This document shows positions 50,449 through 64,000 of a stretch of 64,000 bases of DNA, one piece after another (the first letter of the stretch is position 1; each line of letters starts with the position of its first letter). Origin of the DNA: Camelus ferus (lineage: Eukaryota); the NCBI RefSeq assembly GCF_009834535.1, contig NC_045697.1, positions 22,384,001 to 22,448,000 on the forward strand. The letters are read 5' to 3'. The notes under the pieces were generated by a model that made no database searches, was not told the origin of the DNA, and worked only from the letters and a program-made list of their open reading frames with translations. The position numbers were made by a program, and so were the translations under genes.

Positions 50449-53400
50449 TCTGTAAGATAGACAAGACCCTAGCTGCGGATGCAGGACTGAGAGCATCTTT
50501 CTTCGCCTTTGAGCCCGCTGCCGAAATCTGAGACAGCAGAAAAAGATTACCTTTAACACTCTGTTACGTACACATTCAACAGTGCAACTATTTTTTATGT
50601 TTTATAGGGAACTTAGTGATTTCAGTAATCGGAAAGGAGATGGAGAAGTCTGGCTTTAGTTATATTTGGATCCAGGAGCTCAGATGATGCCAACGGTTAT
50701 TTCTCTTTCTCTCTGTCTCTCTCTTTCTCATTCATTGTTGTTTTTATTCCCTTTATTCTCTTTCTTATTAGGCTCTGTTCCCTGATGGATATTGCCTCTA
50801 TTATAGTGAAAATTTCTTTCCACATGATGTAGAAGATGATGGCTAATAAGTTTATGTTTATTTTGTTCCATCTTTGTAATCACAGGAATTTTAGGAGAAC
50901 ACATACACTCACACATACACACACACATGAACACAAAATCTTTCTTCTGATGTCTTCTTTAACCCTGCAGAAGACTTTGCTGGATCCTACTTGACTTAGG
51001 TACCCCTTCTGAAACAATACCAATCAATATTCCAGGAATACTAAGACTGGTCTAGAATGAGAAATGCACACAATTTTTGTCCAGGAAGAATGGCACGCCA
51101 TGACTGGAAAGTCCACCTTCACTGTGTAGTGGTATGGGGGAGATTTTCCAAGGAGTTTTAAAAAGAACGAAATTGAAGAGAACGTTGGCAGCAAAATTAC
51201 AACGTACACCACATGTATAAACCGTGTTTTCATAATACTCTTGGCTCATACTTTCTAATTATTTACTTCTTGCCAAATGAATAATTGAAGGAAAAGGATA
51301 CTGTTGTCTTTTTGATGGTTAAACACTTAATATGTGAAGTGAATAAATGTAAAGTGAATGAATCAGTGAATGAATCGTTTTGATTTTTCCATTGAAAGGA
51401 AAGATAATACCAGAGATAACTACCACTATATATATATATTTTTTACAGATGCATTATGCTCTTTGATAGACTCATATTTCTCATGAAAAAGAAGTTTAAA
51501 TACATTTTCCAAAGAGTCAAAAGGTGAATAAAAAGAACAAACAATATTAATAATGTTAGGAGGATTTGGACAAGAAAAATTTGATGAATTGTGATGTGTT
51601 AAGGTGCAACACACCACTTGAGTACCAAGGACTGTCATTTCCTTTATTTCCTAATAACTCCAAGAAGTTAGGTTCCTGTTAATTTCTTTCACTGCTTTTG
51701 CCAAATAGATAATGTAAATTCTTAGCAACTGTATTATAGTACATCTATTATAGTATATTATAGGCATATTTAATAATGCAAATACATCAGTAAACCTATT
51801 ATTAGCAAAATGCAAAAAAAAATTAAACCTGTCCTGCTGCTCCTTTTGTTAACCATTTCTACTAAGACTCTCATGCTACTAGACACACGCACTTGCCAAC
51901 TTTTTAGACAAAGAAATATGTAACATACTAAGCATATTATAACCTAGAAGTGAAATTTGTTCCCCCGTGAGAGTTCATTTAAATAATTTTGCTGTCACCA
52001 TAGGGGGCTTTTTTTTTTTTTTAAAACATTGCCTGTCATGCAGAAGCATTGGTGACCACAGTCCCTAAGGAGAGATAAAATGTGTTAGAGAAGAAATGAA
52101 CACCTGCTGGAGTTATTTTGTTTTGACTAAAGAGGCACTTTGATATTCAGCTGGAGGGAGGAATATCAAGCGAAAGAATGCGGACAGTGATTAAAACCAG
52201 GTTTCTTTGCCAGCAGGGTTTCTAGACACGTTTTATCACTGTTTCTGGAGGTAAAACAAGAAGGTGTGTAACCTTTGTATCCCACTGCCGGAGCATTAAT
52301 CTCACCCAGAATGAAGACAGAAGGGCCCAGTGTGTGGTGCCCATAGAACAGATATATTTTAATAGACCAGATCTTGATGCTATCACAAATGCTGGCATTT
52401 GCCAAGTTTAACTTGAAATAAAATCTAATCTTACAAATAACTGAAATAGAACAAAATGCATAAAACATCTGTTTTCATATTATCATAATGTTTATAAATC
52501 GAATGAGCCGCTTCCTAACTCAATCAGCTTGTCCTTGTGAGTTAATGGGCTGGGATGCCATTTTTTTTATATTAAAACCCATTATAAGGTGATTCTTATA
52601 GCCTTTAGCTTGATGATGCTTCTCTAGAAAGGAGAGTTTATCTCCTAGAAATGTCCATGGTATCTGCTCTCTTAGAAATACTGCATGTGGTTTGGCAAGT
52701 GTATGAACACCCAGCCTAGCATGTTTGATGTCCTGCCTGAGGGCGGTGTTAGTGAGGTATCATTTAGAACAGAGCAAATACTGGAAATTGAGTAAAAGAG
52801 AAGAGCTTTTAAAAAAGAGCACCTTTTGGGTTCCAAGTGCTTCGTTGACAAAGTCTCATTTATTCATCCTTGATATTATTTGGATATTATCACCAAAGTC
52901 ATATCCCTCTTTTTACAGGAAAATAAATAAAAATTTATAGAGAGCTTTAAGTAATTTAAAATAACTTGTCTGATTAAAAAAAACTGAGTTGTATAAAAAC
53001 TGAGATATGATCCCCAAATTTCATTACATTAAATATTTATTAGATAAAATAAGTACCTGAAAAGGATGAGGATATCAAAAGCACATCAGGATGTGTCCTT
53101 TCTCCAATTTGCCAGTCCCTACTATCTCATTTAATCACTGTACTGCTGACCATTTTGGAGTCCTCTAGTATTCAGTCTATTAAAAGTCTTAGCTATTCAA
53201 GTTCAAAATTTAGTTTATTTTAGATGTTTAGTCTCGACCAAATATTTTAAACTAAATCAATTCAAATTTCAGATTGATATCAGCATTGCCCTCCCATTTA
53301 AACTCTCTCCATTTCCCCTGTCCTTCTCTTTCTTCTACTGCTTATCTCTCAGGAAGGCTTTAGATGTAGGGGAAAGATCAGGCTAACTTCAAGGGTTTGA

Positions 53401-55147
53401 GAGGGAGAAGGCTGTTCTGCATTCGGCCACCTCATCCTTCCCAGCATCTGCTGGGATGACTGAAGCTTTGCCATTCTGTGTTGGCCTCAATCCCTCATGC
53501 ACCTGCTTCTAATGCAGTTCCTCTCATTGTGTTGGCTACACATGTCTCTGTTCCTTAACTGGCCTCTGGTTATGAGATTTACCTATTTTGGATTATATCT
53601 ACCCTGAATTATTCTCTCCATGACCTATTCCATCCAGTCCTTTAGCAACCATCACTGGTCACATGGGGAATTTGGATCTCCTCTGTACCAGATACTGCCT
53701 ATAGTCTAATTTCTACCCTTTACCAGGCTTAAAATCTCACTACACCATTTCTACTCATGACCCACATGCGCTGTGTCATTATTAAGAGGAGGAAGGACTC
53801 CTGCAGACCTATACAGTGCCTTGCCCACTGAGCGGCAGAATCAACTAAAACTGAGAAAGTTTCTTCTAACACATTTCAGAGGTTATGCCATGTTGCATAG
53901 CTTTATTCTCAGTCAATTCATTGATGTGTCATGGGGATATGGACACACACACACAAGTGTTGATAAGTTCTTTGGTCTATGAGGAGAGAGTATTTGCCTA
54001 GAGAATGGTTTACATCATTGTTTTTCTTGTTAGAATTTCCATCTACATCTGAAGACCTAGATTTGGTACACTCTTTGAAGTTTTAGAATGAAAATTCAGT
54101 TAGGTGGTGTATATTGCTGGGTAGGTTGACGTATCTAGAGTGCCATGGACAGATCTGCTGGTGAGGCAATTCAGCTACAGAGTTGACAAAGGAAGCTCTC
54201 CTGCTCTGGAGTTCATCTGGTTCTCTGGGAATCTCCACTCATCCATCCCTGCAGTGGTGGCCCTACGAGAAATCAGCAAGGAAGCGCCAAGCAAATCTCG
54301 CCATGGTTCTTCCTTCCTGTGTTCTTCTTTACCCTTCAACCCTTCTCTAATTCTCCCTTTAATTTTAGAAATATATGTGTTCTCTTTCTTCTGAGGTGGA
54401 AGAGTGTTACCATATCCTGCGTTCTCCATTTCAGGGCTTCCAGTAAAACTCAATGCACTCTCTCTAATTTCACCCTTCATCTCTTAGACACAAACTCATC
54501 TATATCTCTTCAAATACTAAATTCTTGCAAATCAAAAAGTGCTTTGGTTTTAGGCAATTTTTCTTCCTGAGTGTTAAAAAAAATTGCTCAGAATTTCATT
54601 TAACTTATTTTTTTTCCCCAGGCTGTATCTATTCTATATAAAGTAGTATCTGACAATACTCTAGTAGATGGGAGTCACAGGACTGTAGATATAGGAAAAG
54701 AAAGCTCATGGTTTAAAATTTCCAAATAGTGTTCCTTACATGTGTAAAAGATCTTGTAAATATCTAGGGAACAGCTAGTGTTCAGCCACTTTGAGCTACT
54801 GTTGTTTCTGCTATGTTTTGACCTCCTGTTGTTTCATCTCCACACTGATCATACTCCTCCGTGACGACCACCATCTGCCAGCTTGACTTGATTCTATACT
54901 TTCTGCTCTCTGAGATTTGGGCCATTGATGACCCGTTGCAATCTAGGTAGGTCTGTGTATTAATTGGTTTCCAGTATCTGGAAGTCATCCTGTCTCATTT
55001 GAACCACATTTCTGATAGCAATGAAGACCCCGTATGTTAGGGAGAAAGTAAAGAAACACGTCATTGTAAATATTAGATATGAAAGAGAAAAGGAGATTTT
55101 TAAAATAATTTCATGGACTCAGATATTGATTATTTTTTATATTAATT

Positions 55148-55335
55148 AATTCAATTCTTTAATACATATTTATTGAGTACCTACTGTGTGTTACATTGAG
55201 TTCTAATTGCTGGGACATAGTAGAGAAGGAGACAGAAAATATCTTTCCACTTATTCCTTCATTCTAGTAAGGCCCATAGACAACAAGAAGGTTAAAAAAT
55301 GATACTTTCATGTAGTGACAAAGAATATAAAAAAT
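55148..55335 (-). mobile_element. L2 3' end
   Basis: catatttattgagtacctactgtgtg..tgctgggacatagtag..cattctagtaagg. Confidence 0.7.
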
Positions 55336-55684
55336 AGCTGAGATACTTGGCTAGACAATTACATGATATTTCTGAGAAAGTCGTTATTAGAAACATGTTG
55401 CCATTAAATCATAAATTCTAGGTAATCGTAATGAAGGTTATAGTGCAATTTAAATCTCTACTGATTTTAAAGTATGATGAATTTGGGAAGTAATTATTTT
55501 AGGAGAATGTCTTCATAATTTTTTACACTTATAATATTTTATAGAGTGTGTCCATTAAGAAACCTAGCATGGCCACCACGAATTTCCTGCTCAAGGAAAC
55601 AATATTACAAATTTACTTCAAATTAGAAGATTACGATTTAACCAAACATTGGAAGATTATTTACCCAACAGTCTCCTTGGAGAC

Positions 55685-56090
55685 TGTCAGTGGAGTCGAG
55701 CTCCCATGACAAAATACTGTAGACTGGGCGGCTTATTTATTTTCTCATGGAAATTCATTTTCTCACAGTTCTGGAACACCAAGATCAAAGTGCCAGCAGA
55801 GTGGTTTCTGGTGAGACCTCTTTCCTTGGCTTGCAGGTGGCGCCTTCTCACTGTCTTTACATGGCCGTTTCTCTGGGATGTATGCAGAGAAAATGAGAAT
55901 TAGACGTCTCTGGTGTCTCTTCTTCTGATAAGGAGACCAGTCCTGTTGTATTAAGACCCCGCTCTCTATCCTCATTGAACCTAAATTACCTGCTTAAAGA
56001 CTCTGCCTCCAAGTACAGTCACACTGGGGGTTAGGGCTTCAACATACAAATGGGATTGGGGGTAGGGAGGGCACAATTCCATCCATAACA
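55685..56090 (-). mobile_element. MLT1A0-like solo LTR
   Basis: TG..CA ends, TSD gagac/aagac; tctcacagttctgga..tccaagtacagtcacactgggggttagggcttcaacata..ccataaca. Confidence 0.9.
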
Positions 56091-56298
56091 AAGACTTCCT
56101 AATCTCATCACATAGAAGATTGAAAAGCTCTTTAAGTCCAACATTGTGGTAGATCTTTTCCCAACACATTTTTATGATTGATAAAATAAACAAATGGCAT
56201 TCTATTTAAAATCAAGTTGTTATGCTAATTTAAATGACTTTTTAAATTACTATATATAATTTTAAGGTATATTCTATTATTTATTTAAAAACCCACAT

Positions 56299-57020
56299 TA
56301 TATTAGTTTCCTATACCTGTTGTTACAAATTATTACAAACTTAGTGGCTTAAAACAATGCAAACTTATTATCTTACATTTCTGGAGGTCAAAAATCCAAA
56401 ACGGGTTTATGGACTAAAATCAGGAGGGGATAAATTGGGAGTTCGAAATTTGCAAACACTAACTACTATGTATAAAATAGATAAACAACAAGTTTATATC
56501 ATACAGCACAGGGAACTATATCCAATACCTTATAGTAACCTATAATGAAGAAGAATATGAAAAGGATTATGTGTATGTGTATGTATGACTGAAACATTAT
56601 TCTGTACACCAAAAGTTGACACAACACTGTAGACTGATTATAAGTCAATAAAAATTGGGAAAAAAAGATGTTGACAGACTTATGTTCCTTCTGGATACTT
56701 AGTGGGAGAATCTATTTCTTCACATGGTACAGGTTTTGGTGTGTGGTCCTTCCTCAATACCAGTACCTCAATGCTCCATCTCTTTCTCTCTCTCTTCCTC
56801 TCCATTGCTGCATCTACTCCTTTGACTCTCCTTCTCCTGCTTCTCTCCGTCTTTTATAAGGACACTTAATATCTGGATAATCTAGAGTAATTTTCCCACC
56901 TCAGGATCCTTAACTTTATCACATTTTCAAATTCTCTTTTTCCACGTAAGGTAATATATTCACAGGTTATGGGGGTTAGGATGTGGACAACTTTAGGAAG
57001 CCATCTTTTTCTCTATTGCA
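56299..57020 (-). mobile_element. MLT1D-like LTR interrupted by an L1
   Basis: tattagtttcctat..acaaacttagtggcttaaaacaa..ctaaaatca[L1]gatgttgacag..ttcacaggttatgggggttaggatgtggaca. Confidence 0.85.
56423..56666 (+). mobile_element. Camelid L1 3'UTR nested in MLT1D
   Basis: ggggataaattgggagttcgaaatttgcaaacactaactact..cagcacagggaactata..gacacaacactgtagactgattataagtcaataaaaa. Confidence 0.92.
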
Positions 57021-57550
57021 TTGTTCATATTACTTCCTCTGTAATAATATTACTTTAGGAAGCATAAACATTTTGCCATTAAAATTCCACAATTTCATAA
57101 ACTTTTGCTAAAAAAAAGAATCTACTAAAATATCTGACTCACCATGGCTACTTTATCTTTCAGAGTCTTGGAAGTAAAATTGGAGGTAACTTTGCCTTCT
57201 ATTTCAATTGCGAAAAGTGCTGTATCATTCACGACAAGTAAGCGTGAACTCAGATTTAAGACATGCTCTTATGCAAGTTGGACTATGCAGATCATAGATG
57301 CAGCAGATAACTGACACATCTGCCAATTCACTTTTGTAACACGAACTTACAGTTCTGTTATACAAACAGAATTGGCCCCCAGGTTATTTCCTTACTGCAG
57401 GTTGAGGTTGATTAGTGCAAAAGCCTGACCAACAGACTCAACCTTTATACATCCAGTTGTTTGTAAAATAGCCTAAAATGAGAAGAGTCTTAGCCATTGC
57501 TAAAACTATCCCGCAAAACCTCACCCAATGGCTCTTATCCACCAATAATA

Positions 57551-58063
57551 CAGGCAAACTTTGGAGAGATCATGAGTTCAGTTCTATATCACTGCAATAA
57601 AGTGAATATTGCAACAAACTGAGTCACACAAATTTTTGGGATTCCCAGTGCCTATAAAAGTTATGTTTATACTATGCTGTAATCTATTAAGTGTACACTA
57701 GCAACATGTCTAAAAAATGTACATGTCTTAATGAAAAATACTTTGTTACTTAAAGAATGCTACTCATCATCTGAGCCTTCAGCAAGTTGTAGTAGTCACA
57801 TCAGAGATCACTAATCATGGATCATTGTAAAAAATATAATAATAATGAAACGGTTTGAAATATTGTGAGAATTACCAAAATGTGACACAGAGACATGACG
57901 TGAGACAAACTGTTGGAAACATGGCGCCCATAGACTTATTTGAGGCAGGGTTGCCACAAACCTTCAATTTGTGAAAACAAAAGCAAACAAGCAAAAAACC
58001 CCTCAATATCTTCAAAGCACAATATAGCCAAGTGACCAAGTGCAATAAAATGAAATGTGCCTA
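57551..58063. mobile_element. Tigger1 internal-deletion MITE (Tigger1a_Art-like)
   Basis: TA|caggcaaact start, cactgcaataaagtgaatattgcaa, tttgaaatattgtgagaattaccaaaatgtgacacagagac, gcagggttgccacaaaccttcaatttgt, end gcaataaaatgaaatgtgcct. Confidence 0.9.
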
Positions 58064-58079
58064 GAGACAGTCTTGTAGC

Positions 58080-58330
58080 TACAAGACTCCAAGCCACTGC
58101 AGCCCTTTGGCCATGGTCCTAGGAGTCCAGTGACTCAAAGACTCCTGTGCTGCTGAGCGACACCCCCGTAGAGGTAAACCTTCTCAGATTCCTCTCTCCC
58201 CTGAAGGCTCCCTTGTCCCTTCTTTCCTTCTGGATGGTGGCCCTTGTCTTAGCTTCTGGACAATGTCATACTGTGAGGGACCTGATAAAGTCCCTGTGTG
58301 TCCCTGCCTCTTGTGGCCTTATATATAATA
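58080..58330 (+). mobile_element. Probable ERVL-class LTR 3' part
   Basis: ctccaagccactgc..tcctgtgctgctgagcg..cagattcctctctccc..ctgtgagggac..ataaagtccctgtgtgtc. Confidence 0.45.
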
Positions 58331-58347
58331 CTCCTTGATCAGCCCTA

Positions 58348-58701
58348 TTAAAAAATAAATCGAGGCATATTACAAATTCTAAGAGTTTACTTGTGCAGAA
58401 TTTGATTCTAATGGGGCAGTTCCAAACCTGAAGTGGTTGGATGTGATCTGCTGACAAGAGGCAGGAAAAAGATCTATAGACAGGCTGCAGAAGCAAAGAA
58501 AGGAAATTAATAGATTGGCTAGAGCTCAAATGGTTGCCTCTTTTGGGAAAGTCTAGTGGGTTGTTAGTGATAGGTTGTCCTTAGGTTTTGATTTCTTAAC
58601 TTTGAGGCATTTACAGACTTAGGTTTGGGTTTGCCTTCTGAGGCCACTAAAGCCTCATGGCCACTTAAGTCTAATGATTTCCTTGTATAATTAATTTGAT
58701 A
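58348..58701 (-). mobile_element. ERV1-class LTR related to the copy at 15862-16236
   Basis: Shared blocks ggggcagt, gcagaagcaaag, gattgg..tggttgcc..tttgggaaag.ctagt, cttaggttt.ggttt, gccac.t.agtctaatg. Confidence 0.7.
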
Positions 58702-58879
58702 GCCCCAAATGCCTCAAACACCTACAGTTTCCCATCTCAACAACAAGAAGTTCTTGAATTCTAAAGTCTTCAACATTGCACCTCCGTCCATAGTAAGTTT
58801 TCTGCTAGGGAAGTGGAACCATCTTCTGAAATACATATTTAAACTATTGAGAGAAGTTATTATGATGCAAGTATTTATA

Positions 58880-59115
58880 ATATTGGTATTTACCATTAAG
58901 TGAATTTTGCCAAGTGCTAGACACTTGACAGTGCAGTTTGCAAATACCACAATTTAATTTTTATGTTAATAAAATAAGGCAGGTGCTATTATTTATATTT
59001 TACATATAACAAAAATGAGATTTAGAAATTTATTTTAGTTGCCTCAAACAAGATAAAGTATTAAACCAGGTGTAGGTGATGATAGAATTTAACATTTTTT
59101 TCTTCCACTATCCTG
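58880..59115 (-). mobile_element. MIR
   Basis: tttaccattaagtg..tgccaagtgctagacacttgaca..gcaggtgctattattt.tattttaca. Confidence 0.6.
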
Positions 59116-60659
59116 TGTTGCTTTGCTCCTGTGTTGGCTTTTATTCTTTTTATAATCCTGTTTGGCTTTGCAGTGTTTCACCATTATAAGCTATGTCTTG
59201 CCATTTTTAATTGTCCATAATACTATCTAATGTTTTCACCTTCACTTATGACAAAAAGAAAATATTGCATTGACCCTGCAGAAAATAGCCATTAGTCTTG
59301 TTTTTGTCCTCACATTTTATTTAATATTGTCTCCACAAATAATTCTCTTTAAATTGGCTTTCAGGTAATCAAATTCTCAGTGATTATAAATACAAATTTT
59401 GTACACATCTGGAATGAATGATAAATAAATATGTTACAACAAATGAAGGCATACAGGTGTCGGTGTCCTAATAGGGTTTACCTTACAGATGTTTGTACCA
59501 GGAACGCACCGAAGTCATTTTCTTTCTTTAATATTTTCACTGATGTAACTGGGTCACTTACTTGCTAGACTATGCTTAGCAATGAAATATGTTCTTTTGT
59601 AACAGATGCAAGTGAAAACTGGAGGAGTCAAATAACCAGAAATTTAGCAGCTTGCCAGTTGGGGAGATGAGCAGAGAGGGACGTGCATCTGCAAATGGCC
59701 ACAGTCCTTGGGCCCAGGAAAGGCTGATGGAATGCGGTTCTTTAAAAGTCCAGACAAAATTTAGTAACTATGCAGGGAAGACTTAGCCCTACGTGGTGGC
59801 TGAATGAATCACACTTAACTAAAACCTAGTGAGGCTGAGAGAGACACCAGAGTGACACTGCTGCCATGTGTATCAGAATGTCTTTGTCACCAAATGCCAA
59901 GGGGGAAGACCCGTATAATCAATAAGAAACTATGTCTTGGATTTTCTATGAGCATTCAAGTATACAGGGATAAGAAATATAAAAAATGGGTAATGAACAC
60001 TTCTTAGGAAGTTGTTTCATGGGAATTAAAAAGTACGTATGGAGCAGAAACTCAAACTAAGGGGAACTGGTTGTGTTGAACGTTTACCGGCATCAGGTTA
60101 AGTTAGCTAGCCAGAGCCGTCTGATGACATGTACTATCTTGTCACTATGGGAAGTGATGTTTACTGACTCCTGTGATTGATATTCAGGTCTGTCCTTGCG
60201 GTAATCTGGGCACTAGAATCGGAAATATTCGCGTTCCCATAAGTAATGCGCATAAAACATCCAGTCTCTTAGCCAATGGCCGAATTAAGCACTGAACTTA
60301 AGTGTCGCTGATTCTCTCCATGGGCTCCCTTTTTGATACAACAAATCGTTCAGTTATATATTGGCATTTTCAAGAGTCCTACTGCCCAGAGACTCTCTCC
60401 CTTCCTTTGGTTTTATACCAAGATTTAATTCTCCAGGGGAAATATCGTCTTCCTTATTTCCTAGCTTTAAGAGCAACTTGCCAGACCCCACCCTCTAATG
60501 CTAACCAAACTACTGCTGTGATCCACTAAACAGTGACAAAGTGTCTCATGCAATTATACCGGTAGTGAGTGATAGAGACAGGAATCTTATGAGGAAACTC
60601 ATAGACCATTTATGTCTCTTATTAAAGGCTGCCTTGGTAGACTTAAATGAATTCTACCT

Positions 60660-60790
60660 GTCTGTTTTTTATCTCCCTTCTTGACACATAAACTTCTTGT
60701 TATTACTCATTTTCTATTTCCCAGAACACCTAGCACCATGTGAGGCTCTGGGTATACACTCAATAAATGGTTGTGGAACTAAACTGAAAA
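60660..60790 (+). mobile_element. L2 3' end
   Basis: ccagaacacctagcac..cactcaataaatggttgtggaact. Confidence 0.6.
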
Positions 60791-62139
60791 TCAGCTGAAC
60801 CATTATTAGCCATTGCCAAAAAGCTGAATGGAGGGGAAGACATGTACTTTACCATATTTTTCATATTTCATAAAAGCACAGATGGAATATTATGCAGAGT
60901 TCAATGTAGGTAGGATGATCTTAATTCAGAAAATATGGATAAGGCATACTCTTACTATTTTCTCTTGCTACTAAGAAGGGGAGATATTTATTATTTGGAG
61001 TTTCAGGGTATGTACAGCTTTCAAACTTCAATCTACAAAATGTCTTAAAAATATACGTAACATTTTAGGAATATGTGTCTCCATAAAAAGTCTTGTTTCA
61101 AGTTCCATATGTTTTCATGAAATTGGTTTGCAAAATATATGAAACTGAATATAAAAAGGTTGCAATAAACATACTTTCTTTCACAGAGATTTTTCTTTGT
61201 GATTATAGAAGGTAACATAGCATTGAAACATTGAGAACCAAGAAAGGGCAAAGATTTAAGTTGAAAACCTTTTGATTATGTTAACCATTAGATTTGCAGA
61301 GTGAGAAGTATGATAAATGACTGCCATCCAGTTTTATCCACAGTTGACCTTTTATATGTGATGCAAGAAAATTCGGAAGAAGCCGACTCCCAAAAAGTAC
61401 AGCTCACTGCCAGAAAATTTGAATTTCATTTCCTGAAATGTCATTGGAATAAAGCACATCTTCATTGTTAAAGGGTTTTTCATTGTAGCTGGACAAACGT
61501 GCTAGTGTGTGACATTCAGCAAAAATAACCTCTGATGTTTCAGATCTGGTTTCAGAAACCACGACATCCAGCAATGGGCAGAGGGGAATTGTATCATCTC
61601 ATCTACCATGAAGAAACCCCCAGAATCTTGTTCCATGGGGAAATCAGGTCACTGGAGCTAACTACTAGAGCCACAGAAAATTTAATAAAAGCCTCAGAGA
61701 CGGCAAGAGGCTCTCAAGGTGAGGTGGTGCTATATTTTTATTACCTTAACTGTGCTTGCATAATAAAACCATTACAGAGCCACAGTCAATACTGTAAATC
61801 ATATATTCTCACCTATAAAAGTTCATAATGAACTGAGTATAAATATCAGCAAAATATACAAATAACAAAACCACTCAAATACATACCGCATATTAATGAA
61901 GACTGAAGGCAATTTTTGACTTCTCTGGGGTGCAGCTTAAAATGCTGTTGCCAGCAGGAGAAACCCAGTGATGAAAATTAACAGAGAGTCAACTGATGGC
62001 TGGAAAGCAGTGTAGTCTCATTTAGTAACCCTGTCACTACCTTAGAGCAAATTGCACCCTTTTTTAGAATATTGAATTTATCAAATTTCTTTTTTGTTAT
62101 TGTATGTATTCACTTCAGAGTCACTGAAGCAGATACACT

Positions 62140-62642
62140 TTGTTGCCTGTCCGATAGCTCTCTCCTCCATTATTTCTTGTTTACACAACCCTGAATTTTT
62201 CAAGAATCTATCCCACTAGATTGTGACCCTGTCCTTCTTTCAGGGGTCAATCCTGATGAATCCATTATAATCAAGTAATTATATTTCTCTTGCCTGTCAT
62301 AAGTTTAGGAATGGGTATGGAATCAGATTTACTCAAGGTCATGTATAGAGACCCTTCTTGGATGACCCGTATAAATATGATAGAAGCCCTGAGCCCAGCA
62401 GGCCCGTGGTCCTTGGCAGCCATTTTGTAACCATGAGTGGAATACACTTTTAGATTAAGCCAACATATGAGGTTGGCATAAAGACAATAGAAAGAAACTA
62501 AGTCCTTGATAATGTTAGTAAACTGCTGAATTAACGTACCTTTGAATTTTTTTTAATGTGAGATAATACTTTTTCTTAGTGTTTAAATTAGTCAAGTTAT
62601 GGTTTTCTATCACTTGCAGTTGAAATCAACCTCATTGATAGA
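62140..62642 (+). mobile_element. MLT1K/L-like LTR
   Basis: ggcagccattttgtaaccatgag..aagaaactaagtccttgat..atgtgagataata..gtgtttaa..ggttttctatcacttgcagttgaaa. Confidence 0.65.
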
Positions 62643-64000
62643 AACAATCAAGTTTTTCAGGGGGAAATGACAATCTATAGAAAATGCTAATTTCAAAGAC
62701 AATTATTTAACAATTGTCATTGGAATCTGTGTTATCCTATTTCACAAAGTAAGTAGAAGACAGTGATAACTAGGCCCATTTGAGTTATATGGTCAAACAA
62801 ATTTAGATTATATAGATCCCACAGTATTTTCTATAGGAAGTATCTTTACATAATACATTGTTCAAAATTTTATTAATTCTTAATAGATTTTTAGTTTATG
62901 GAAAACCAGAAAAGTGGCATAGAATTTGAGAAAATAAATACTAAAACATTTTAAAATAGAATTTTGAGAAAACTTTTTTTTTTCATTTTTAGACATATCA
63001 GTGTTGGCATTATTCCCTCAATTCTTAATTTCCATGGATTAAATAAAAGGATTATCTTGAGTTTCGCAGAACTTTTGCCCAATTAAGACTTTTATAAGTG
63101 ATGCACAATTCCCTTTTAATCATGTTTTTAGAGCTACAAACTTGCATGGTTTTAACAAGTAAATTATCAACAGCTATACTATAGTTTCATTTTTATTCAT
63201 GTTTAGGAATCTTGATAACAATAAGCCCCTAAATCAGACGTTGCCTAACCATGAAATTTCTCAGACTAATTACATGAAGTTGTCAGTTGAAGTCACAGCC
63301 TTTGAAATTACCAAGGACATAACCCGAGATGGATTTGTTTTCTTTTAGCCTATAATTTTCTTATATCATTTTCAGTTATAATATTAAAAATGACAAATAT
63401 GCTAGAAAAGAAAAACTACTTATTTTTCTAGATGCAATAGTTTATAGCATTAATTCAGAAGTTGATTTTTACATTTCTGAGTAGATGTTTTCTGTTGATG
63501 TTACTGTGCCTAAGATGATGCCATGTAGACCTAAAGGAATATATGTTGCGTTTATACAGATAATATACCTAGTAGTCTTAATTTAATATTTCCACTTTTT
63601 GAAACATTTTAAAGGCAAAGAATTGGTAGACTCTTCCATTAATTGAATTATATTGAGAATTAATTATATTGAGTTAATTATTCGTATTAACTATAATTAC
63701 ATATGTATTATATCTCCAGCTATCTACCTGGCTATCTCAGACATGTTAAATTCTGAGGAACTAAATATATAATTTCAAAACATATGAGAGAACTCATCAA
63801 CGTAGGAATGAAAAAAACAAGCAAAAAATTAAAAGTGATTAAAGAATATGATAATCACTATAAATAAACCAATGCAATGTCTTATGTCTCACTTTGATTT
63901 ATAAAGTAACAGGGGCTGGGAGTTAGGGAGGGGGTTGTACTTTGATAGGTTTTGAAGAGAAGACCCAGCTGTGGAAATGGTTATTTCTGGGGCCCAGATG

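Noticed and set aside
1..64000. Prokaryote-type systems (CRISPR, operons, defence islands) or an intact retroviral or transposase gene
   Set aside because: The sequence is mammalian repeat-rich non-coding DNA; there are no long ORFs and no regularly spaced direct-repeat array

Overview
AT-rich, CpG-depleted mammalian genomic DNA, very probably camelid (alpaca/llama/camel). The evidence is a camelid-type tRNA-derived SINE at 5288-5428 and several camelid-type L1 3' ends. The window reads as intergenic or deep intronic sequence. It is a mosaic of L1, L2, MIR, MaLR (MLT1) LTRs, ERV1 solo LTRs, Tigger/Tc2/hAT DNA-transposon remnants and microsatellites, separated by unique stretches, a few of which look regulatory. 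I recognise no intact protein-coding gene, rRNA, tRNA gene or CRISPR array. The only ORF-track peptides with recognisable homology are decayed L1 ORF2 C-terminal pieces at 36217-36770. I cannot support a previously undescribed biological system here. The best leads are: a minus-strand exon-like segment encoding a signal-peptide-like 37-mer (14557-14714), a twin-primed inverted L1, a three-layer nested LTR pile, several perfect palindromes at repeat junctions, a perfect RFX X-box inside an LTR, and local CpG/motif clusters. Repeat family names were assigned from recalled consensus motifs without alignment, so subfamily labels and old-repeat boundaries are approximate.
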